This document shows, in pieces, positions 1-29,364 of a stretch of 64,000 bases of DNA (position 1 is its first letter; each line of letters begins with the position of its first letter). Source of the stretch: Amoebidium appalachense. Taxonomy: Eukaryota > Protista > Ichthyosporea. Both the position numbers and the translations under genes were made by a program. Under the pieces are notes generated by a model. The model had not been told where the DNA came from. It searched no databases and saw nothing but the letters and a program-made list of their open reading frames with translations. Location: the NCBI GenBank assembly GCA_963693365.1, contig CAVNZM010000004.1, positions 4,464,064 to 4,528,063 on the forward strand, written 5' to 3'.

Positions 1-1115
1 ACGAGTTTCGTATGACTTCTCAAACTCTCAGCGTGGTTCTTAATACATCCTTTTTCCAAACAGCGGTAAGGGGGGTGAGAACGTTGTTGTTGTTTTGGGT
101 GGGTGGGGTGGTGGTGGTGGTGGTTGGGCGCGGGGGGGGGGGGGGGGGGAAGGGGGGGGGGGACCGACCTGGAGGCCCCTGATAAGAGCCTTTGTCAAGG
201 CCCCCGTGGTTGTTATTCCTGCCCTGTGATGCGTTATTAGCAAACCCTCCCCTCCCCTTCCCCCCCCCCCCCCCCCCAAAAAAACCCAACACCGCCACAC
301 ACACGCACGCACGCACGGACGCACGGACGCACGGACGCACGGACGCACGGACGCACGGACGCACGCACACACACACACACACACACACACAGTCCCACAC
401 ACACACACACACCGCTGTGGCTGTCCATCAACAGGTGATCAAACATAATCACGAATACAATGGTGACCATAAACATTCCGCAATACTTTTTTGAATTCAG
501 ATTGAGAAACAGCAACGGTGGAGTTGGAGTACGAGGTACACCATCTACAAATTAATATTGCGCAAAAGCCAGTGGAGATGAATGTATTGACTTATTATCG
601 GTTGAAAGTATGAATCAACGAGGAAGGTTTGGTTGTGTGTCTGCGTAGGGTTTTTTTTTCCCCCTTTCTTTATTTTTTTTGGTGGGTGGGAGGAGGGGAG
701 GAGGGGGGGGGGGGGGTTAGTGATATGATCACATAGATAGAACAAAGTACGGTGGAGGGAAGGCAGAATCATAATACAGGAGCATGAACCGATGGATATT
801 GAGGTGCTGGGAATTGGACGGAAGAATTGGGGTTAGCCATTTGACGAGTCAATGTTGGTAACGCAAGGGAAGGTGCGGGAAGAGGCGCCCAGGGGGGCGG
901 GGGGGGGGGGGGGGGGGGGGGGGAAGGGGGAGGGGGGGGTTACTTTTTCACGGCCGGTGCAGTGATAATGAGGAAGATATCGTGGGGGTTTAGGAGGAGA
1001 GACCCGTCAAACCGCCTGCAGCACTCACCACATGCCGTGCCTGCAGGAGGGAGGCGGGAAGGGGGGGGGGGGGGGGGGGGGGGGGCTCAGAATGTGTTAC
1101 AGACAGACTGCAATT
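1..1115. repeat. Copy A of a ~1.1-kb direct duplication (may extend left beyond the window)
   Basis: 1-1115 matches 4032-5163 by eye, from acgagtttcgtatgac to gttacagacagactgcaatt. The visible differences are confined to G/C homopolymer tracts. Confidence 0.95.
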
Positions 1116-1235
1116 CCCCCCCCCCCCCCCTTTCCCGGAGGCCCGACTCAAGAGAAACCCCATTCTTTCTTGTTTATCCATACTACAACCACCTGTGAGT
1201 GGAAAAGCCAATGAATGCGAATTTGACGGTGTCGG

Positions 1236-1275
<40 letters not shown>

Positions 1276-1924
1276 CGTGCGTGTGCGCAAGTGCATGTTC
1301 TGTTTATATTTTCTGCTTGCCCGTATGTATGCAGGGGGGAGGTGGGGAGGGTATATGCGTACCTGCAGCCTCATCGACCCCCCTGCTGATTGGAAATGCA
1401 GCACACTTTGCCGGCATGTGGTTGGGGCCCAGACTGCAGCGGAGGGCCGGCCGGCCAAAACGATTGGTTTGCCCTGCAACACACCCATGTGTTAAAAATA
1501 CGGATAAGTTAAATTCGGTTCACCTAGACCCCCCTCTACCCCCAACACCCGCCCACAAGCACATACACGCACACCATTCCACCCCTCCTTCTCTCCAAAC
1601 TACAAACAACCGAAAGCAAAAAAAGAGAAAAAAAGAAAGAATTCGTTAGGATTCAAAGAGAGAGAGAGAGAGAGAAGTATTTGAAAGAAAGAAACGAAAG
1701 AAAACGGGAACACCGGAATTTTTTTGGTCTCCATGCTGATTTTATTTATATTCAAGAACGTGAATATACATGAAGCCTAATAAACAATCTTACGCCTGAA
1801 TGTAAATCACTGCTCGTATTTGCTTGTACGTGCTTATTGTTCCTGCTATTGCAGTAAGCACCCCTTAAGGTGATGAACTGTATGCATATTTGGGCATGCA
1901 CCCCGAGGGTGTGTGTGTGTGGTT

Positions 1925-1963
<39 letters not shown>

Positions 1964-2118
1964 GCAGCAGCAGAACCCTTCGACAGCAGGTTGGTTGGGG
2001 GCAGGGGTTGTGAGTGTGTGTGTGTGTATGTAGTGTGTGTGTGTGTGTGTGGTGTGTGTGGGTGTGTGTGTGTGTGTGTGGCGTGTGTGTGTGCGCACGT
2101 GCGCACGTGTGTGTGTGT

Positions 2119-2161
<43 letters not shown>

Positions 2162-2182
2162 TGCGTGTGTGTGTGTATGTGC

Positions 2183-2231
<49 letters not shown>

Positions 2232-2333
2232 TGCGTGCGTGCGCGCGCCCGTGCGTTAGTGTGTGCGTGTTTGTGTCAGGGCCTGCGCGCGCGCATGTGT
2301 GTGTGTGGGGGGGGGGGGGTGGTTTTTTTTTTT

Positions 2334-2382
<49 letters not shown>

Positions 2383-2751
2383 GGGAGGGAGGGATGATGC
2401 CTTTCACTGGAACGCCCAAAGCACATCGCAGGTCAGGCTTCTGACCTGTGCCCAGTGACAATATCAGAACAGAACATGCATAAGACTTTGTGATTGGCTG
2501 TAAATCAGTACATGGAATGGGTTAGTAAGCGCGCAAAAAGGGCCTTATAGGAAGGTGAACTGGAAAGGAAGGCAGGAAGGAGGGGGGGGGGGGGGGGGAG
2601 GGGGGGGAGGGAGGGGAATACCATACAGGGTGCCCAGGTGGGTCACCAGGAAGAGTAGAGACGAGAGGGGAGGAAGGGGGGGGGGGCACATTGGAGGATT
2701 CAGGATTGACCTCTCGATAAAAGGTACATGTAATTGTCGTATTGATGATAG

Positions 2752-2882
<131 letters not shown>

Positions 2883-3273
2883 TGGGGAACCAATCGACTT
2901 CGTTTCCGCACTTACTTACGTCAGGAATGGATCTGGCCAGAGCCAATGAAATCATCAGATCTGGTGTTCGGTTAATGGATGTTCACTTCCTAAGAGAATC
3001 CACCCTACTCTTCACATCCAAAAAAATACGAAACAAGAGGAGCGCTACATTTAGTGGAAAACAACACAAAGAATGCACAACATGACAGGGAGCTCGTCGG
3101 CAGGTGGGTCTCCCTTCCTCTACAATATCTTTCTATGCTCTGGCCCATTTACCTCGCCTCAAAAAACCCAACTCATGAGCGCATGGGTGGGGATGGGGAA
3201 GAGTGGGGGAGGGGGGCGGGGGGAGGGGGGTCGTAGAATATGTGTGTGGGGACGGATGGGCGGGGGGTGGGTG

Positions 3274-3315
<42 letters not shown>

Positions 3316-3718
3316 GGGGGGGGAGGGGAGGGGGGGGAGGGGGTAGAGGGGGAAGGGGGAGGGGGATTGTAGTGGGTAGAGAGAGAGGTGAGAAAGAGAG
3401 CGATGATAATCTCGAACAAAGGGAGAGAGAAAAAACGATTATAATTTGGTGCACACCTGGCAGGCCGGGTCGAGGGACTGTGCGCAAACGGCAGACGGGC
3501 ATGCCCCATTGGTCGGCCGGTGTGACCTGGTGGTCACGAGACTAGATAAGAACTATGTGATTGGGCAGGGCCAAGGTAATGCCTTCCCCTTATTATGCTC
3601 AAAGCCACAGAACCGGCTACAGCAAACAAAGTTTCTTCATTGAAGTCATGGCGTGGGCGAGTGTTTCTGGCTGGGAAGCTCTTTTCAAGGCATTTCCGGA
3701 TGAGATTGCATGTGGGAA

Positions 3719-3752
<34 letters not shown>

Positions 3753-4031
3753 ATAACTGTGAGTGTGGGTGGGTGGGTGTTAGACTTGGGGAGGAAGTCC
3801 GTGTGTGTGTGTAGGAGGGGGGGGGGGGGGGGGGGGGGGGGGGAGGGAAAGAGGAGGGAGGGAGGGAGTAATGCATTAGAAGGTAGGAAAAATGAAGCCC
3901 TACACATCAACACAAAAAAACAGACTGTAACAGTAAACACGAATCAGAAACTAAACGAAAGTGCAAGCGAGAGGCACTTGAGCAGAGCCCACCCTCAAAG
4001 GGGTGTTTGTTGGTATGCCTTCACAAAGAGA

Positions 4032-4161
4032 ACGAGTTTCGTATGACTTCTCAAACTCTCAGCGTGGTTCTTAATACATCCTTTTTCCAAACAGCGGTAA
4101 GGGGGGTGAGAACGTTGTTGTTGTTTTGGGTGGGTGGGGTGGTGGTGGTGGTGGTTGGGCG

Positions 4162-4200
<39 letters not shown>

Positions 4201-4932
4201 CGACCTGGAGGCCCCTGATAAGAGCCTTTGTCAAGGCCCCCGTGGTTGTTATTCCTGCCCTGTGATGCGTTATTAGCAAACCCTCCCCTCCCCTTCCCCC
4301 CCCCCCTCCCCCCCCCCCAAAAAAAACCCAACACCGCCACACACACGCACGCACGCACGGACGCACGGACGCACGGACGCACGGACGCACGGACGCACGG
4401 ACGCACGCACACACACACACACACACACACACAGTCCCACACACACACACACACCGCTGTGGCTGTCCATCAACAGGTGATCAAACATAATCACGAATAC
4501 AATGGTGACCATAAACATTCCGCAATACTTTTTTGAATTCAGATTGAGAAACAGCAACGGTGGAGTTGGAGTACGAGGTACACCATCTACAAATTAATAT
4601 TGCGCAAAAGCCAGTGGAGATGAATGTATTGACTTATTATCGGTTGAAAGTATGAATCAACGAGGAAGGTTTGGTTGTGTGTCTGCGTAGGGTTTTTTTT
4701 TCCCCCTTTCTTTATTTTTTTTGGTGGGTGGGAGGAGGGGAGGAGGGGGGGGGGGGGTTAGTGATATGATCACATAGATAGAACAAAGTACGGTGGAGGG
4801 AAGGCAGAATCATAATACAGGAGCATGAACCGATGGATATTGAGGTGCTGGGAATTGGACGGAAGAATTGGGGTTAGCCATTTGACGAGTCAATGTTGGT
4901 AACGCAAGGGAAGGTGCGGGAAGAGGCGCCCA

Positions 4933-4964
<32 letters not shown>

Positions 4965-5102
4965 AGGGGGGGGGAGGGGGGTTACTTTTTCACGGCCGGT
5001 GCAGTGATAATGAGGAAGATATCGTGGGGGTTTAGGAGGAGAGACCCGTCAAACCGCCTGCAGCACTCACCACATGCCGTGCCTGCAGGAGGGAGGCGGG
5101 AA

Positions 5103-5133
<31 letters not shown>

Positions 5134-5163
5134 CTCAGAATGTGTTACAGACAGACTGCAATT
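4032..5163. repeat. Copy B of the ~1.1-kb direct duplication
   Basis: Matches 1-1115; diverges after ...gactgcaatt at 5163. Confidence 0.95.
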
Positions 5164-5215
5164 TCTGCATAGCATAAACAAATATTATGGATTGGGGGGG
5201 GGGGGGGGGGGGGGT

Positions 5216-5253
<38 letters not shown>

Positions 5254-5372
5254 CTTTGCCACATCATGATAGACTGCAGTCTTGCAAACAGGAAGTAAAG
5301 ACGCCCAACCGAAAAGTCTGGTCCCGTCCCGCTCCCCCCTGCCCGCACCCTCTTCTCCCTCCCAAACCTCCC

Positions 5373-5445
<73 letters not shown>

Positions 5446-6514
5446 ACACATCCAAAAAATCCGTAGTGTGAAGTCAACTTAGTTGTGACTGTTGTGAGAA
5501 TACTGTCGTTGGCATTCATATCGTCAAATGATAAAGAAGAGAGAGAGAAAAACTGAGGAATAAATGGACGGGGGGGGTGGGAGTGTTATTGGAGCCGAGA
5601 AATAAAGAACATCCCCCCCCCCCCCCTTTCACCCCTTCCCTTGTACCTCCCCTTAACTTTCACCCTCCCCAACTGGTATCGTGAACAGGAGCAGGCAGAT
5701 GCAGGCAATATATCTTTGCCAAACCCATACAGACATGCATGTCAAATTTTGCATGTCTCTCTCTGTGTGTGCGCGCACATACTCGCTCGTGCCCGTATGT
5801 GCATGCCCCAGTGGGTGCGCCCCCGGGGGAATAGCTTGGAATGCTCATGCAGCTGCGATACTAATGTCCATGTGAGGGGGAGGAGGGGGGGGGGGGGGGG
5901 GGGGGGACAGGGGTTTGGCCCCAGGTTGGTACTGTGACGGTGGACGCTGGGCGCAGGAGCAAAAGTGGAGGAGAGGGGTTTAGAAGAGAGAGGGGGGGGG
6001 GGGTGCGCTACATTCAAAGTTCAACCTATCGTTATGTCGGAGAACAGGTATTTTCCCTTCAACGACTTTCTCAAGGGTGTCACGTGTGTGAGCCTCCAAG
6101 GTCGAATCTGTCTCTAGCCTTTGATCCATTGTTAGTACACGGTGATGTGATACTTTAAACAACGCAAGCACGGGGTATAAAGACTGGGAAGGGGAAAAAA
6201 AAAAAAAAAAAAAAAAAAGGAGCTCAACCGTGAACAACATAAATAAACTCTGGACAAAAGTAGAACCGGTGTCGAACCGGTTCACCTGACCAGAGATACA
6301 TAACATGGAATGGTACTACTGAGGCCCAATAAGGTCTCATCAAGGAGATGTATACGTTTACCCCCACAAGAATTCTGTAAGACCCTCCCTTCCCCCCGTT
6401 TCCCCATCCCCTCTCCCCCCTCCCCCCCCCCCCTCCCCACCCACCCACCTACCCAACCACACACACACACACACACACGACACACGTGCAACCACACCCA
6501 CACACCCACACAAC

Positions 6515-6546
<32 letters not shown>

Positions 6547-7227
6547 CAGAGAAAGACAGTTAGGGGGGGGGGGGGGAAGGAAGGGGGGGGGGGGAGGGGG
6601 AAGGGAGGGAGGGAGAGAGGGAGAGAGGGAGGGAGGGAGGGAGAGGGGGGTGGAGATAGGGACATAGATAGAGGGAGAGAGGCAGAGAGGGAGAAAGGGA
6701 GAGAGAGAGAGCGAGAGAGAGACGCGCGTGCAGGCAGTTCACACTTCTCCTCCTCCACTCTCTCCCAGTAATCACAAGTATTAATCCAGTTCCTTGGTCT
6801 TTCTTGTGCCCCAGTTTTGCTTTTCCAAAAGTTTCATATTTCATACCCACATACCGCAGCACACTTGACACAACCCAACAGCCCATCCTCCTCTCTATCA
6901 TAAACACATCTCATCATGTTCCTACCTTGACTTCAAGTGCTTGAAAAGGTCTTCTTTTTCAGCAAACACGACTTGCTCCTCAGTTGTTTGCACTGTTCTC
7001 CTTGTTGATGATGAATAATTGAAAACCCTGTGTACACACGTTGTCGGTTTTCTTCACAACTGCAAACGGTAAACGGCCCAAACATGATCCTTCTAAACCC
7101 AGGTGGTCAATGAGGGGCTTGGCAAGCCGGGGGCAAAAAAAAAAAAAATGATTCGCTCGCTTTTTCCAGTGCAACAGCAGTGAAAAAAGGCAGAGAAGAT
7201 GTGAGTTGACTCTGTGTTTGTGTGTGT

Positions 7228-7272
<45 letters not shown>

Positions 7273-7561
7273 GGGGGATCGGAGGGACCAGGGGAAACTG
7301 GAGGGGAGGGGAAGGGGGGGGGGAAGGGGGGGGGGGGGGGGGGGTACAGTGAAGGGACTGAATAAATGTCGCACTACAACATTTTTGTGACTTGGCTGTG
7401 CATAGTCTTAAACACAAAACCTTGTATTTTTTGCACCACCTTTAAAATCGACGAGTGCGTTAGACCGGACTTCACAACGGCACGTACCTTTGCACCAGAG
7501 CTTGTTGCTGACCTGTTCGCATCAGCGAGCGAGTCAGGCAGCTTTTCAAGGTTCCTGCCAT
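4455..7561 (-). CDS. Multi-exon gene for a probable mitochondrial membrane protein, tentatively UbiA/COQ2 prenyltransferase-like; 3' part unresolved
   Basis: Phase-consistent GT-AG exons 7561-7488, 7027-6926 and 6374-6286 give MAGTLKSCLTRSLMRTGQQQALVQRVFNYSSSTRR...RILVGVNVYISLMRPYWASVVPFHVMYLWS. The N-terminus is Arg/Ser-rich and acid-free like a presequence, and YISLMRP recalls the UbiA-family Y..LxR motif. Later blocks read LFGWASLLPVCKTAVYHD (~5318-5262) and GVPRTPTPPLLFLN...MFMVTIVFVIMF (4586-4455). Further exon-like blocks at 4259-4205, 2960-2920 and 1473-1363 could not be joined with confidence. Confidence 0.45.
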
Positions 7562-7991
7562 ATTAAAGGTCTTTCACCCAGGAATTTTAACATATAGGTA
7601 GGGCAAATAAACGACAAGAAAGATGATACTAAAACATCCTGTGAATGTCCCCTGCTCTGTTCATCGGCGTCGCCCTACAATTGCCAACATTCGGGCAGTT
7701 TTTCGCAGCTCATTTCCTGCTCAGCGCAACTCGCTGCCATGCAAATGGAGACGCAGCCCTCTCCAGTTTAATTATCTTTGGTTCCTTAGATTTTCAGCTT
7801 TATGCCAAGCCTTTCACGGTATTTGCAAGGAAATGCGACCGGCTTGTTCAATGGAGCCCAAATTCCCTGCTAGTATACGTCACACTGTGAGTCTGTGACT
7901 GTGTCTGGCACCAAGGATGATGAAGTGCATCCCATGGGTGCATGAAGGGAAATTTGAATTTTGAATTTGAAAGGTGCCAGACAAACATTTG

Positions 7992-8045
7992 ATTGGCTAA
8001 AAATGAACCAATAAGTTTCTGTAATTGGTTAACTAAAGCACCAAT
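7992..8045. promoter_or_regulatory. Cluster of four CCAAT boxes; candidate bidirectional promoter
   Basis: ATTGG 7992, CCAAT 8008, ATTGG 8024, CCAAT 8041, in repeat-free DNA between two divergently oriented genes. Confidence 0.5.
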
Positions 8046-9706
8046 TTTGGTAACTTGAATCACCGCAAACTATTTGCGTGGGTTTATTCAGAAAATAGAC
8101 ATTTTTTATTGTATCGTTTCAATATAATTCACGAAAAAGGGGTTTTTAGCTCCTGCTTTTCCGTTATTTGGGTGTTAGGAGATTCCGGGTACAGTGCCGA
8201 GCAGCTCTGCCGGGCAGTCCGACCGGGCAGGCGGTGACCTTGTTCAGCAGCTTTGTTGGGACTTGAAAGCAAGCCTTCCTCCTTCAACTTTGGTGGTGGC
8301 TAGAGTCTCCCGAGGTGTCAAAAATGCTTCCGAGTTTTTATTTCTAATGGATTGTTATGGTTAAGTTTTACATGTTATTGCACGGTAAAACGTAGCCTTC
8401 TCGTACGAGTTACATGTCGTGACTTGCATTGCTGACGGGATCACAGTACCCGGCTTCAACTGGTCGGTGAGAACGTAGGGGTTGCTTGCTGAGCTAGTTT
8501 TTCAGGATCAAGGGTTAGGGTGTAAAATTTCTTTTTTGGAAACGACCAAACATGGCCGTTTTATAAATGTTTCATCCTTGCATGACGCCTTGTAAAGGGC
8601 ACAACCTTGGGTCCTCTGACTGTGTGTTCAAGTTTCTTTTCTCGCCATGGCTAGATCCGTCTCAGCACCTAAGCACAAGCACAAAGATGTTTCAAACGAG
8701 GAGCAGAAGTTGGTGCAAGAGCAGCCTTTCCGCTGGAACACAGCAGCATGCATCGGAGGTAAACACAAGAGTAAAACTTGCGGTTGGATGTATGTTTGAA
8801 AAAGCGATTCTGCCGTGGCATAGCATGTGCTTTGATTCGCCGATTTCTGCTGCAGTGGAAGCTTTTTCTTCCTTTCCTCCTTTCTTTCCTTTCTTCTTTT
8901 AAAATAAGGAAGGGCATGGCGTTAGCCCTAAAGTTAATCCCGCGCCCTCAACCTCCCTCCCCCCCCCCCCCCCCCCCCCCCCCCACCCCCCCCCCAAAAA
9001 AAAAAAAAAAGAAAAGAAAAAGAGAAAGCTCTTCCCCTAAGCTTCCCCCCTCCGCCGCCCCACGGTTTCTTCCCACATCAACCTCTTTGAGTCCCCCCCC
9101 CCCCCCCCTCCCCCCCCCCCCCACCCAAACCCTACCACCTGTTCTCAAGTGGCTGCTCAGCCTTTCATTCCCCTTCCCCTTCTTGACTTCAGTCTTCTCT
9201 TTCGTTTCATGGCCCCCTACGCTTTCTTACGCTTATTTTTTTGCGGCGGGGGTTGCACACAGCAGCTGTTGGTGCCAGCCTTACCGGTCTTCTCCTCGCC
9301 TCTTTCATGCACTTCCCAGTCACTGTTATACCCCTCGTACCCCCCAACCTTATGACCGACCTGATACCGTTCATGGGGCCATGGGCAGTCGAGCCGTTTA
9401 ATGGAATAAGCTGCCCTGTTGGTGTGGGGCCTGAGGTATGTGTGCACTTTGTTTTGAAGCCATGGGCAGGATGAGGAGGGGGAGGGGGGGGGGAGGGGGG
9501 AGGGGGAGGGGGGGGGGGGGGGGGGGGGGGGAGGGGGGGGGGCGGAAGGGGGGGGGGGGGGAGGGGGGGGGGGAGGGGGGGGGGGGGGGGGGGGTCCTCG
9601 AAGTGTATTGGAACTATGGTGTGTGAGGAGGTTTGTGCAGACCTGGTGAGGATGGTGAATAAGGTGGAAAGGAGAGCTGGAGGTTTGTGTATGTGTGTGG
9701 TGTGTT

Positions 9707-9740
<34 letters not shown>

Positions 9741-10111
9741 TGTGTCTGTGTTTCGTTTACTTGTTGTTTTTCATTTTTTTTCATTATTTATTTATTATTA
9801 TCAGTTTAATCATCATCGTCATCGTCATCATTATTTATTTTTATTTATTTCTTTCCTTATTTATTTATTTTTTATTTATTTTCTTTATTTATTTATTTAT
9901 TTTATTTATTTTATTTTATTTTTTGGGGGGGGGGGGGGGGATCATCGAGCGGGATGGATGAAGGGATGGCAACACGGCTGTAAATTGTGGAATAGAGCAC
10001 GGGGAAGGGCAGGTATAAGGGAGGATGAAATGAAAATCTGTTTGGGCCTGGAGGCAAACTATTGTTGGAAAGTGAGGTACATCGAAACATCGAAAAACGG
10101 GGAGAGGGGAA

Positions 10112-10143
<32 letters not shown>

Positions 10144-10413
10144 AGGGGGGGGGGGGGGGGAAGGGGGGGGGGGAGGGGGGGGGGGGCGAGGGGGGGGGGG
10201 GGGGGAAGGGGGGGAGGGGGGGGGGGGGGCACACTAAGCTGCTTTGTGTTTATTGTTAGTTTTGTTACCCCCCATGAATCAGTGATATAATAATGTGTTT
10301 TTCAATGTGCACATCTTTCCTGTTTCCAAGCTTTTACGGATCGCAAGAACCTGAACTAGCTCGGTAGTGGAGACTGTCTTTTTCTGATTTCTGGCCCCCC
10401 CTCCAATTACCCC

Positions 10414-10444
<31 letters not shown>

Positions 10445-10703
10445 CCCCCTCCCTCCCTCCCTGCCCCCCCCCCCCCCCCCCCCCCTCCCCCCCCCTCCTC
10501 CCATCCTGCGCACACAGCCGGTCAAGTCGGGTGTGAGCCTCGTCAGCCCTGTATGCACCTATGAGCTGGTTGAACGCATCTATGTCATAGGTGGGTCATG
10601 TGACGAAAATCCTGCTACGTGATGTTTATGAAATTCTAAATTCTAACATAGCCGGTGAGTCCAGCAGAGAGGTTTCCGGGAGGGGTGTGTGTGCCTTGTG
10701 TGT

Positions 10704-10748
<45 letters not shown>

Positions 10749-11152
10749 CTGGGGGCAGTTACAGAAAACGCTGGCCCATGCATGATTTGGATATCCCTTT
10801 CCCCCCCCTTAATCAACACCCAATCTTCCCTTTTTTCCTCCGTCTGATTTTTGGGGTCATTCCCTCTAGCATAGAATAGAGGTTGCCCTCTCCCTTCTCC
10901 CCCCCCCTCCACCCCCCCCCCTTCCCCCTGGGGTTCTCCCCTTTTTCTTACGTCGTTTGTTGGAATCTCTTCCCTAGTCCACACATACAATTTTTCCCCC
11001 TTTCCCCTCCATCCAAATTATCGAATTCATAGGCCACAGAACTTTCCGTATAATTTGCCATGCTACCCTCCAACGCTGGTTACCATTGTCTTATCCGTTT
11101 CCCCGCCCATTTAGCGCCTGTGTGCGCGCACACACACACACACAACACACGC

Positions 11153-11191
<39 letters not shown>

Positions 11192-11195
11192 TACC

Positions 11196-11226
<31 letters not shown>

Positions 11227-11262
11227 AGCCCCCGCCACTGTGCAACATGGCACCCCCTTCAG

Positions 11263-25214
<13,952 letters not shown>

Positions 25215-25814
25215 GACCATGGTCTGAGGTTCAACTTGGGTGTGTGCGTAGTTGTGGGCTGCGATTGAGACGTTTATAAATGCGCGTAGAGAATTCCCAG
25301 AAAATTTAGTGTACATTTCATGTAGTATAACGGTATCAACGTACACACTGGTGTATATGCGATTTTATCTGTGATCATCTGGTACTTAACACGTATGCAT
25401 ATTTCTTTGTCCTTGTCTCTTTTTTTTTTTAAGTATGTCTTGTTGCCTCTCTCTTTGTTGTTTTTCTTGTCCGCGCGGGGATAACGTTGGGTGTGGGGGA
25501 GAGTGGTGGAACATCGAATCCAGCAGACAGGTTAAGGATAATGGTGTGTACATAATAGGTATGCTGCTTGATTATTGCTGATTGATGTGTGGGATTACAG
25601 CAGTTCGGCCTTTGGCCGCATGCGCATGAAATTCAATGAAAGACGATGTGAAACGTGCGTACGTAATAATCAGGGAAAAAGACAAAGATAAAGATGTCTT
25701 GTCGAGTGAAGCTAGTGTCGGTGCAAGGGATATGTATGTAGGACATTGATTTCTAATAAAACGTCTGTTTACATTTATTATATAACATCCGATTCGGCCC
25801 GTGACAACACAACT

Positions 25815-25847
<33 letters not shown>

Positions 25848-25872
25848 GAGGGGGGGGGAAAGAGACCGTCGA

Positions 25873-25922
25873 GTTTGAAACTTCTTCAAACACAACACAA
25901 AAGGGCGGGGGAAGAGGTGTGT

Positions 25923-25953
<31 letters not shown>

Positions 25954-26347
25954 GGGGGGGGGGGAGGAGGGGGGGAGGGAGAGGGGGGGGGGGGGTCAAA
26001 TTGGTGAACCATTTTCAAACACAACACAAAGGAAGAGGGGGATCGGGAGCTTTTTGAAACATCGGCTAAACGGCAACTCAGGGGGGCCGGAGCTCCCGGG
26101 GGGGGGGGGGGGGAGCCGCGGGTGGGGCTTGAAACATCTTTAAACACAACTCAAAGGCAGGGGGGGGGGAAGAAGGGGAGGGAGGGGGGGGGGGGGGGGG
26201 GGGGGGGAGGGGGAGCTTCCTGAAAACCGCCGAAAACACAAATCAGGGGAAGGAGGGGGGGGAGAAGGGGGGGGGGGGGGGGGGGGGGGGGGGGGAAGGA
26301 CTTTGAAACATCTTCAAACACAACACAAAAGCGCAGGGTGGAGGGAA

Positions 26348-26400
<53 letters not shown>

Positions 26401-26500
26401 AGGACTTTGAAACACCTTCAAATTCAACACAAAAGCGCAGGGTAGAGGGAGGGGGGGGGGGGGGGGGGGGGGGTTCTTGAAACCTCTTCAAACACATCTC
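25873..26500. repeat. Degenerate array of about 8 TTTGAAACATCTTCAAACACAACACAAAAG units separated by poly-G
   Basis: Units near 25873, 26000, 26053, 26129, 26220, 26302, 26406 and 26476, between two convergent gene ends. Confidence 0.8.
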
Positions 26501-26621
26501 AATAATTCCACAGGTTGGCTGATGACAGCAATGCAAGCACCGTAATACATGTTAGGCATGCAGTAAACGGTCAAGAGGCTAAAAGAGAGCAAGAGCGGAA
26601 GACGGCCCAGGGAGGAGTTGT

Positions 26622-26672
<51 letters not shown>

Positions 26673-27136
26673 GGCGACATCGAGCAAGAAAAACTCGACC
26701 CTTTCCCTTATAAACTTAAACCAGACTCGTTTGCACTCTCCTTGAGTACTAATCTACATATTTTATTACAATATATACTCAAATAACCCCAGGCAATGCA
26801 CTACACGGGGGCTGACAGCGTCCCTCTATTAGTCCGATTGCAACCTCTCTAAGGCGAAAACGAACTAAGGGACAGCCTGACAAGGACATCATTAGACTGC
26901 AGACCAGGCAGCCAAACAAAAAAAGCCAATCGTGACCACATATGGCATATATACTTACAGGCCCAGCCACAACTGCACCCAGCTTGACAGGGTGGGCCAC
27001 TGGGCGAGCAATCATCACCCACTACCAGCCCTCCCCCCGCCCCACCTTAAATAGTATCCTTTGGACTTCAACACACGTCTACATTCGGCCTCTACGGAAC
27101 ATTCAAAACCGTCCAAAATCAACCTAACCTTAGCTT

Positions 27137-29277
<2,141 letters not shown>

Positions 29278-29356
29278 AATGGAGTTTTGGGTCCCTGGGT
29301 ACGTTGACACGGTGATATTCCCCGTATCCAACTGAGTGTTTTTGAACGCTGCTCGC

Positions 29357-29364
29357 TTTATATA
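29357..29364 (-). promoter_or_regulatory. TATA box of the aspartic protease gene
   Basis: TATATAAA on the minus strand 80 nt upstream of the ATG, with CCAAT motifs at ~29412 and ~29465. Confidence 0.6.

Noticed and set aside
8650-10590. PP2C phosphatase domain upstream of the kinase
   Set aside because: Exon-like blocks exist, but no MED, DGH, GDS or DG motifs could be assembled and the phases were not all reconcilable.
25873-26500. CRISPR-like look (TTGAAAC-containing, partly palindromic repeats)
   Set aside because: Units are degenerate, spacers are poly-G of variable length rather than unique sequence, no cas genes are present, and the context is eukaryotic.
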